Below, piece after piece: positions 54,199-64,000 of a stretch of DNA of 64,000 bases. The stretch comes from Octopus bimaculoides. Taxonomy: Eukaryota. Numbering within the stretch: the stretch's first letter is position 1; each line of letters opens with the position of its first letter. The notes beneath the pieces were generated by a model that saw only the letters and a program-made list of their open reading frames with translations, ran no database searches and was not told the origin of the DNA. Made by a program: the position numbers and the translations under genes. The DNA lies in assembly GCF_001194135.2 (NCBI RefSeq), contig NC_068981.1, forward strand, positions 13,865,593 through 13,929,592, in the 5' to 3' direction.

Positions 54199-55814
54199 TA
54201 NNNNNNNNNNNNNNNNNNNNNNNNNNNNNNNNNNNNNNNNNNNNNNNNNNNNNNNNNNNNNNNNNNNNNNNNNNNNNNNNNNNNNNNNNNNNNNNNNNNN
54301 NNNNNNNNNNNNNNNNNATATATATATATATATATAGTGTAGTATATTGCCACTTAAGTGTGGCTGACCCCTAGGTGTGGATGTTACTGTTGCTTTTAGC
54401 CCCAGGAGGACATCTCCTCCAGCTGGCTTATCGACACACGACTGTGTCCTGTTTGCCAAGGGAAGTTATCCCTCTCACCATGATCTGCAGCACGAATGGT
54501 GAGAGGCATGGATTGTGCATCACCATAAATGGTATGATTTGTTCTTGTTTGTTCTCTTCTTTGTGTTGTCCTCAGTTGTTGTGTAGGTATCTTCATAGCC
54601 TACTGAATAACATTTTCTATAAGTAGTGACAGGTATTTTTGTTTCAGTAGAAATTCATTCACTTCCATCAAGCACTGATTCTTGATCTTCAAATCTTCTA
54701 CTATATGACTTTTATAGATGTGATTGTACTAATACTAATACTAATATGTGTGTGCATGTGCCGGCAAGTGTGTTTTTAATGGTTTTAAAAGACGTTAAAT
54801 ATGCAGAGATACACATTCGCTCAAACGTGTATATTACCTATTTTGATATACATGCATTTATCTTATTTATTGCTAATGTTCTCTATCTATCTATCTACCA
54901 CTAATTTTTTAATAGTATATTCAGATTCATTGAGCAATTTAGCAAAACTTGCATCGAAGTATAGTTATCGCTTGTGTTCAATATTTGTCAACATAACATG
55001 TAATTTAAAGAAAGAATTTGACATTTCGCATAAGGACGTTTCTGTAGAATTTACATAGCTGGTCATGTTATAATTACCATAGCTAAAATACAAATTTTTG
55101 AGTGAATTTGAAACGAAGTTCTTTCTCCTCACTATTTTGAATGATTTAAATATATATCTGTTTATTCAGTTTTATCACAAAACAAATATACATTCCATTA
55201 AGCATACATACACACATGCGTATGTATATATGTATATCCGTAGGTATGTATGCATGTATGTATGAATGTACGTATGTATGTATGTATGTATGTATGTATG
55301 TATGTATCTGTGTATGCATTCATTTCTTTTGAAGTCATACAGGAAGATATTGAAACAATTGTAGCAAATAATAAAATTATATTTGTTTGGAAACTAGAAA
55401 CAACATCAGCAATTTGGGAGGGACGATGAATCAATAATATCGATCCTTATGCTTGACTGAAACGTTATATTATCGGAAGGATGAAAGAGAAAATTATCCT
55501 CGACTCAGAACGGAAAGAACCGGAAAAATACGGTAAAGAGATTTTTTTTTCCAACGCCCTAAACAAACTGCCTCGTAATATTTGTTTTAAATTTTGGCAC
55601 ACAGACAGGAATTGGGGTGGGGGGAGTGGGTAATGCGATAGCATTGAGCCCAGTTCTTCATGGATATTTTACTTTATGGACACTCATGGAATGACGGGTA
55701 AAAGGGATCCTGTCGACATTGGAACTAATATCGTAAAACCCGGAAGAAATGTTACTAAGCAGTTTATCCGACGCGTTAACACTTTGTCCAGCTGGTTACT
55801 TTAATAATATTAAT

Positions 55815-55980
55815 AATAATGATTTCAAATTTGGCACAACGCCATCAGTGTCGGGGAAGTGGGGAAGTCAATTACATTGATCCCCCAATACTTAATCAGT
55901 ACTTATTTTATCGTCCTCGAAAAGATGAAATGCAAAGTCGACCTCGGCAGAATTTGAACTCAGAACGTAAAGACAGACAA
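55815..55980 (-). mobile_element. SINE family B (inverted copy)
   Basis: The reverse complement reads gttctgagttcaaattctgccgaggtcgactttgcatttcatc...gtgccaaatttgaaatc. Confidence 0.75.
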
Positions 55981-56656
55981 AATGAAGAAGAAGAAGAAGA
56001 ATTCGTCAATGGTCGTGCTAATATATTTGAAATTACTACTCAAGTATTCATTATAGCNNNNNNNNNNNNNNNNNNNNNNNNNNNAAATAAATAGAAAAAT
56101 TTAAAAAAATAGAAATTCGCTTTGTATTTGAGAAATATTTATATATTGTATTATAGCTCCTATCCGAATGCGAAGTCTTACATTTGGAATACGAAATGTA
56201 CTCTTTGTGAGATTTAACATAAAAACAAACGGCATTTGAAATAACTTCCGAATCGATTTATGTTACATGAAATTTCCGGTTTGTGACAGCCAAAGACAGC
56301 GCATTTATAAGTAAGTCAACTTCAAACGCAGTTTCTTTTCCTCATCCATGAGAATAATATATTTGACTGCCGATATATTCACATGAATATATCGAATATA
56401 TACATATATACACAAACACACACCTTTGTGTATGTACGCGCGGACACACACACACACACATACACACGTGGACAACAGAAGAAAAGGGAACTCAACACAG
56501 TTTCATAGGAGTTACATATGGTATTTAATAAAAGTTTCATTCAGCTGCAGGTAACTTAATGTTTCATTAGCTCGTTAAACAAATCTATCTCGTCAGGTAC
56601 GACAAGTTCAAGTTGGCTTCTAGATACTGGGCTGCTTATTGCTCAACGCGGCTCAC

Positions 56657-56764
56657 ATGGTGTCATAGATATGATTGCGATATCAGTGCCTATTTCGTCA
56701 CGTTGTGTTACAAAATGAATGTCAATTGCATCAGAATAGACGATATCACCCACACCATCAGCAG
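56657..56764 (-). CDS. Probable upstream iGluR ATD exon (xADGVGDIVYSDAIDIHFVTQRDEIGTDIAIISMTPx)
   Basis: 108 bp, phase 1-1, with acceptor tatttttcaacag and donor GTGAGC. YSDAIDIHFVT...IISMTP aligns loosely with GluA SFCGTLHVSFIT...VIQMRP, and the position fits the gene order. Confidence 0.5.
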
Positions 56765-57019
56765 CTGTTGAAAAATACACACAAAGCACTATCTTCTTAG
56801 ACACAAAGGGTTTTTCTGATGGCCATATCAAAACTTTCATTCACCAAAATGTATACTTACACTTCAGAGTGATGGATTCGAGTAGAACATTCCAATAGAA
56901 TGCAGCAATGTTTTTTGGAAGCATTTTTATAAATATACGTTATATATATATATAAATAGTTATATATCATATAACACGTGGCGAAATTCTTAAAGTGATG
57001 GATTCAATACTCGGAAACA

Positions 57020-57248
57020 GAAGGTGAGTTGGCAGAATGGTTGGCAGAACGGTTGGCAGAACGGCGGGCAAAATGCATAGCGGCGTTTGATCCTTCTTAA
57101 ACATTTTGATCTCAAATTTCGCCGAGGTTCGACTTTGACTTTCATTCTTTTGGGGTCCGTAGAATAAGTAGCAGTTGAGCACTGGAGTCGCAGTAATCAA
57201 CTTACCCACTCCACCAAAATTGCTGCCTTTGTGTCAAAATTTGAAATC
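57020..57248 (+). mobile_element. SINE family B with triplicated A-box region
   Basis: ttggcagaa(t/c)gg three times, then tcaaatttcgccgaggttcgactttg...gtgtcaaaatttgaaatc. Confidence 0.75.
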
Positions 57249-57317
57249 GATATACTCGGAAAAGAATATGACCTATTTCTTTGGAATATTGTGAAATGCG
57301 CAATATGTATACACACA

Positions 57318-57354
<37 letters not shown>

Positions 57355-57661
57355 ACACACACACACACACACATACACACACAGACACACACACACACAC
57401 ACACGCTCACACACATATATATCTTTTAATTTGTTTGTCGCTGGGTTGCGGCCAAGCTTCAGCACAACCTCAAAGACGTTATTCAAACAACTAGAGCCAG
57501 TAATGTTTTTAAAGCCTTGTAGTTATTTTATCAATCTGAAACGGTGGTAGGGAGAAATACACACACAGACACACAAGCACACACACATACACACACACAC
57601 ACAAGCATGCACACACACACACAAGCATGCACACACACACACGCACATACGTATATATACG

Positions 57662-57790
57662 GTGGGCTTCTTTCACTATCATTCTACCAAATCCACTTAC
57701 AAGGCTTTAGTAGACCCAGAAATACAGCAGGTGTCACTTGCCCAAGGTCCCACGCAGTGGGACAACACTCAGAACCATGTTTTGGGGAAT
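57662..57790 (-). mobile_element. SINE family C head fragment
   Basis: cacttgcccaaggtcccacgcagtgggac...gaaccatgt, the reverse complement of the family C head. Confidence 0.65.
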
Positions 57791-59381
57791 CAATCTAGAG
57801 AGAGAATGATCATATTACTTATAGTTTGTTATATATTTCTGTAGAAGTTTTCAGTGGAAGAATCTTACGAGTGCGTCTTGCCTGTTAATATGAAAGGAAA
57901 TAATGCAACATGATTTGATTGATTCGAAAAGATTTTTCCCACTTAGAATTCCGCACGGATGTGTTTGTTTAAATATACGTATACACAATTATAAATGTGT
58001 GTATGCATATAAACGGTTACGTAATGTTTATATGTTTTGATTCCTATTTGTATATGGTTCTGTGTGCAGAATTGTGTAAGATTCTGGTTGTGATAGAAGT
58101 AATTATATAAATATATAAATAGAATGCAGTGGGAGCGTTTTATTTCTTTCTGTTTCTAACTTGATTTAAGAGGTGAATTCGAGTACAAAGCAAAGAAATC
58201 ACCATCCAATGTACAATTGTTTAGAAATATATTATTTTTCGTGTGTATATTTCGGTTGTGAAATATCAAGAATAACTTTACTCTAGCAATGTTTAGACGT
58301 TTGACGGCATAGTGTAATTGACCTGACATGAGATTGTTTACTCAAAGTGCTGGGTCATATTGAAGCAGACATAAGTCTTGTCGACTGCAATAACATTGAA
58401 ATTCTCTCAGAGAGAAATGATAAACGATCTCGTGCAATCTGGCGAATTATTTCCAGTGAACAAATATCTACACTACAGCAGGAAGTATAAAGTTGCTTTT
58501 CAATCATTTTCACTTCAGATTTTAGCTTCCGCAACATAAATCTACACAAGGGAATACAAAGAAAGACAAGGATCACTGAGGTAGGTGTGAAATAGCGTGG
58601 AAATCAGGCTAAAATCGTTATTTATTTAGTGTTTATATCTATGCATGCGCACAGACACACATTCATTCCCATAAACATAGGAACACATATGCTAACGCTC
58701 TATTGGTAGTAATGGAAGTATCTACAGCATCTCCGTAAAATCATGGTGTGATTTCAGAATTATTCATTGATGTAACTTGCAAAACTATTCATTTCATATA
58801 CATGTTGAATAAGAGACCAATTAATAAAATTATGATCAGATTGATGAGGCTTCTATTTGTTGCCGTGCACACGTATAATCAATACTCCAGTCGGAAGAGT
58901 GAAGAAATCGCGAGATGCACGCGCAGCCAGTCACGTAACTTTTCACTGGAATGTACTTAATATGCAGCTTATGTAGAATGAAAGGTATTTTATTTGATAA
59001 TGGCACAACACTACCTTGGCCATAGCCAATATGCCACATCAAGTAAACCTGTGTATATTAGGTACAGGAATAAAATCATTTCAGTATGAGATATATTTAC
59101 AACGTACAGCATTCTGTTATTAATACGAGACTTCACTCTCTATTCTTGTCATACAGAATGAAACCAACCACGAAGATGGTGTGTTCCTCAAGCCATGTGT
59201 CTCTGTTCATTTCTCTTCCTCTCTCCATTTTAGCGTCCATTTTATTCTAGCAGCTCTTACATTTTCAGTGGTCTAAGGACCTTGTAACGAGCGAATGCAC
59301 ACACACACACACGTGCGCACACACACACATGTTTACATAGATGACGAGCTTCTTTTACTTTCCGTCTACCTAATCCACCCA

Positions 59382-59770
59382 GTGGAGGCGCAGTGGCCCA
59401 GTGGTTAGGGCAGCGGACTCGCGGTGGAAGGATCGCGGTTTCAATTCCCAGACCGGGCGTTGTGAGTGTTTATTGAGCGAAAACACCAAAAGCTCCACGA
59501 GGCTCCGGCAGGGGATAGTGGCGAACCCTGCTGTACTCTTTCACCACAACTTTCTCTCACTCTTTCTTCTTGTTTTTTTTATAACTGTATTTCAAAGGGT
59601 CAGCCTTGTCACACTGTGACACGTAGAATATCCACAAGAACTACGTTAAGGGTACACGTGTCTGTGGAGTGTTCAGCCACTTGCACGTTAATTTCACGAA
59701 CAGGCTATTCCGTTGATCGGATCAACTGGAACCCTCGACGTCGTAAGCGACGGAGTGCCAACAACAACAA
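59382..59770 (+). mobile_element. SINE family A variant, full length, with (CAA)n tail and 13-bp TSD, nested in a minus-strand family C SINE (~59340-59900)
   Basis: A box TGGCCCAGTGG and B box GGTTTCAATTCC. TSD cctaatc(c/t)accca at 59369-59381 and 59771-59783. Confidence 0.9.
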
Positions 59771-60195
59771 CCTAATCTACCCACAAGGCTTTGTCGGCTC
59801 GAGGTCATTGTAAAAGACATTTGCCCAATGTGTCAGGCTTTGAAACTAAACCCGGAAGCATGTGGTCGGGAAGCAAGCTTCTTACCACAAAGTCACGCCT
59901 GCACTTATTGGGGAATTCGCAGTTTAAATTTACAATGAAAACACAAAGTGAGAGGACACTTAGCAAATATCAATATTATTTTAAGATATAGCAATGGCAT
60001 CTTTCATTATTACCACTGAAATAAATGATCAACTGTTTACCATCTCATTTTTCTAACTCTGTATGCTAGAATTCCTAATATACGATGACCTCTTTAAACT
60101 TTTCTTCGTAAATATATTGTTTAGGAAAGATAACTTTCTTCCTTAGCAATCATTAATCTATTTCTCTTATAACTTTTCCTTGAAGATACTAGTTA

Positions 60196-60256
<61 letters not shown>

Positions 60257-60434
60257 NNNNNNNNNNNNNNNNNNNNNNNNNNNNNNNNNNNNNNNNNNNN
60301 NNNNNNNNNNNNNNNNNNNNNNNNNNNNNNNNNNNNNNNNNNNNNNNNNNNNNNNNNNNNNNNNNNNNNNNNNNNNNNNNNNNNNNNNNNNNNNNNNNNN
60401 NNNNNNNNNNNNNNNNNNNNNNNNNNNNNNNNNN

Positions 60435-60467
<33 letters not shown>

Positions 60468-60604
60468 CATTTATTTATTTAATTCAAATATTAGATATTA
60501 CACTCTGTAAATGACATTTACTCGATATTTTACCATTTTTTTTTCTTTTATGCATAATGCATTCATTATGCCAGCAGTAGCTGTGCAGCCTACTAAATAT
60601 AAAC

Positions 60605-61000
60605 GAAGGTATCGCTGTGTGATGAAGATGCTCGCTTTGTAACCACGTGGTTTTGTGTTCAGTTCCACAGTGCCGTATCTTGGGGAAGTGTCTTGTACTA
60701 TATCGCTGGGCTATGCAATTCTTTGTAAGTGAATTCTATAGATACAAACTATGTGGATGCTCATCGTAAAAAAATACATATCTTTGTGTGAGTCTTTTGC
60801 GTTCGCACTTGTGACCCACCACCACCACGTGACTACCGATTATGGTTTGTTAGTCCCTACAACTAGCAATTTCGCAAGAGGGACCAAATATGTCCAGTAC
60901 AAGACTTAAAATGTCAATCTTAGTGTCGACTTGATCGAACCCGTTCAATTCAGTACTCCAGCTTGGCCATATTCCTATGACTAAAACAAGTAAAATATAA
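60605..61000 (+). mobile_element. SINE family C, degenerate
   Basis: gtatcgctgtgtg...aaccacgtggttttgtgttcagttccac...ggaagtgtcttgtactata...ttggccatattcctatgactaaaacaagtaaaa. Confidence 0.65.
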
Positions 61001-62957
61001 AAATGTAAGAAATGAATAACTGCTAATAGACAAACTAATTTTAATTTGAATTTGTTTCTCAGTCATAATTTCAGAAAAGTATATCTTTCTCCTTGAGAAG
61101 AAATGTTTATCTGCTTATAAATACTAACTTCCTTTTATATTATAAATATAGACGACTAACTGGATATCATTGAAAATCTATGCTGAATTCTGCACTTGTA
61201 TGATGGTAGGTAAAAATGATTTAGCTAACTTTTGACAAATGTACTAATGTATACATAATAATGTATCCTGGAATAATCCTTGAATAAAAAAAAAGAATAC
61301 AGGTCTTTAGTGCATATAATAGTAATCTATTTTATGCCATTTTGTGACATGGAAAAGAAACAAATCGGGTCTCAACGTACTTTGCTATCAACGCGTAGGT
61401 GACTGCATTATCGATTGCAGTATAAAACGAGGACCTGTATCAGTTTTCAAATTAAGTACTAGCTGCGCGTTTCTCCTCTTTCAACAACACAAGTTTATTT
61501 CCGTAACTGAAAGATATGCCGTTGGATTCCAGTCTATTTCATTTGATCTCTGTACATTCATACATATAATAGTCAATAATATATAAAGCATGTACAATTT
61601 TTCTCCGCGAAATGGTTTATATTTTTACTAAGCTTACTGTGTATAATGTTATCTCTATAGTTATTTATTCATAAACAAGTTGCATTTGTACGTTTGTTTC
61701 TCAGCAGCATGTATATAATTGAAAAACATTCCTGCATTTGAAAAGCTTTGTATGAATTTATAACAATTAGCATAGTTCTAAAAATAAATGCATGACCTCA
61801 GAACCTATTTCATTCAGCTTTATTGCTGGAACATAATATAATAGTAGTAACAATGAAATTTATTGTCTTTTATTTTCTTTATCTATATAACTTTCCAAGA
61901 ATTTAACAAGAAAATCTTGCTATTCACTAATGTTTCAAAATTTACCTTTTGACCAATTGTTGTAAAGAAAAGTGATATCGCTGTACCACGTCTGGTTAAT
62001 TGTATCATCACATTTTTTGCGCCGCAGGAACTTTCAATTAGATATAACATTAAGTATTCGGAAAAGAGTCACGACTTCGAACACATTATTATCTATTATT
62101 TAAACGATCAATGCATGCTGACAATTATTACGGCTTGCCTACGAATTCGCTTGCGGAGAGATGTGCAAACATATAACTGTATTAACATGAATGACTCCAA
62201 CTCATTAACCCCTTCTTTAGCAAAATATATCTACTTTCGGAACACTGCAGTAATCATGTAAATTCCGTTAGATTCTATATCATTGATTTATTTTAAATAT
62301 ATACGGTATCAGCGTTTTACTTTTTATCGGAACTTTACAATATGAAATAAGATGACTTTATAAATAAATTCATTTTGTAACTATTTCTCGATATTGTCCT
62401 GTATCTCCATGATATGTAGCTAATTTTTCCGTGCATTTTACTTTAAAACCATTTCACTATTTACATAGATTGTTTGTTTTTCTTAATTTCTTTCTTTCTT
62501 TTTTTTTCTTTTTCTTTTTGATATATCGTAATCATTTGTGTTGCTAAAAATTGACCATAGTTTTTTCTGTGTGACTTTTTGCCTTTTTCGTCCTCCATAA
62601 CTTATTCGAATCAATTATGTTATTTTCCCCTGGTTTAAGTTTTATTTGTCTCGTCTTCTTTTCCAGCATATCCACATCTCTGATTGTGTTACCTGTTCTA
62701 ATCGAAATAGAAATCTGATAACTACAGTTTCCCTTTTAATTTGGATTTCAAGTAAACATCATTTGCAATTTTTTTCAATGAATTGATCGAGATACGTTCA
62801 GACTTTTCTCGCATTCTTATAACGAAATATCTAGAAAATAGTAACCAATATAAATATCATTTATAATTAACCACAAATGTGGCATCCTTTTTAAGGATCG
62901 CTTTATCAAATTTGTTCACTTTCCTTTTATCAGTATTTGTATTCTTTACATATATGT

Positions 62958-63190
62958 GTAGAGGCGCATGGCTTATTAGTTAGGTGTTGGTTTCATGATC
63001 GTAAGATTGTGTTTTCGATTCCTGGACAGGGCGATACATTGTGGTCTTGAGCAAAACTCTTCCTTTCACGTTGCTCCAGTCCACTCAGCTAGTAAGAACG
63101 TGTAAATTTGCTGTGGACCGACGTCCCGTCCAGAGGGGAGCATATATACGCAAGAGAAACCGGGAAATCGTCTCTATGCTCCTTACAGAG
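62958..63190 (+). mobile_element. tRNA-derived SINE with family A head/core and a different tail
   Basis: gaggcgcatggcttattagttagg...ttcgattcc...tttcacgttgctccagtccactcagct, then gacgtcccgtccagagggg...gaaaccggg. Confidence 0.75.
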
Positions 63191-64000
63191 TAGTGTGGAC
63201 TAATCATACGTATATGTAGGTATTAGTTTCGAACACAGCAACTACAATGAATTATATACTTAACTGATGAGATCAGAAAAAAGGCGAAATATGTTCCAAT
63301 ATGTCTCTTATATTTGTCCAGCGTAAAACGCTATATGCGCAAGGCTATGATAGTCAATTAAAAATTAAATCGGTATTTGTTAGTGACTAAAACCTAAACG
63401 TTTCTCCTCACCGTATAGTGATTTATAGTCAGCTCATTAATATTCCACAGATTGTGTTCATGCATTTTATACCGTTCTGTAATTATATGATGAAATCAAA
63501 CACAAAATTTTATTATAACAAACAGGAAAATATAACTACTTCAGTTATTTTCAAAGGCGTTAGCTATATCATATTTTAGCTCTTTACAAATATAAAAGAA
63601 ATGGGTGGAAAAATAAAACTTAAGCATCTATAAATAGAGCTGAATACAAAGAAAGTTCAGTAGAAAATGCCCATTTAATTGCATTGGATTAGATGGGGAG
63701 GACTTTTGTAGAATATAATAAGACAAACAAAAATCGAGACACGGGATTTCTATATACTTTTCTCAAGCTAATGAACATGTTTGAGAAACCAAATTTAAGG
63801 TATTTTATTTGTTCTTGTTATCGACTTGTGTTCCATTATCATTCATTGTTTGACCCGCATTTCTATACTGTTTGCAGCTCCACAAATAGCAGGTGATTGA
63901 TATATGCATCTTTATCACGATATCATTAACTGAAAGTATTATCTACTGATATTGTGATGCCATTAAAGATGGCAATTATGCAAGGTAAATGCTTATTTCA

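Noticed and set aside
56311-56372. Minus frame KYIILMDEEKKLRLKLTYL resembling YLYDSDEGLxRL
   Set aside because: It is terminated by TAA with no good donor, and the preceding ALxDLI..W segment is missing.
56267-56771. Plus-strand two-exon model giving a Cys-rich peptide (MKFPVCDSQRQRIYK/YDKFKLASRYWAAYC...SSC*)
   Set aside because: The acceptor is weak, there is no signal peptide and no known family. The open frame is largely the codon-aligned antisense of the better-supported minus exon.
58355-58540. Strong-looking minus acceptor followed by a 62-codon frame
   Set aside because: It ends in a stop, shows no iGluR similarity, and its phase is inconsistent with the next exon.
59382-59460. tRNA-like sequences at SINE heads (also 12897, 36806, 53488, 62958)
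   Set aside because: They have A/B boxes only, no full cloverleaf, and continue into SINE bodies; they are not tRNA genes.
36-60514. Numerous long ORFs in the track made of X, YI/CV/HT/SL/ER runs
   Set aside because: They are translations of N gaps and dinucleotide or trinucleotide microsatellites, not genes.

Overview
Eukaryotic, AT-rich, microsatellite-dense draft-assembly DNA with many N gaps. The repeat content looks like a cephalopod (Octopus-like) genome; that assignment is inference. The window is almost entirely intronic. It belongs to a minus-strand ionotropic glutamate receptor gene (AMPA/kainate-like amino-terminal domain). Three phase-0 exons splice in frame (42309-42470, 26918-27121, 12687-12794), and a likely fourth lies upstream (56657-56764). 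At least one intervening exon was not found. The ~14-15 kb introns hold RTE, L1/Tx1-like, CR1/L2-group and R4/Dong-like LINE fragments, a full-length dead Tc1 transposon and many tRNA-derived SINEs. They also hold Penelope-like element (PLE) pieces carrying four distinct minimal hammerhead-ribozyme-like motifs, two of them inside foldback elements. Most long ORFs in the supplied track are artefacts of N runs and microsatellites. No CRISPR, rRNA or true tRNA genes were seen.
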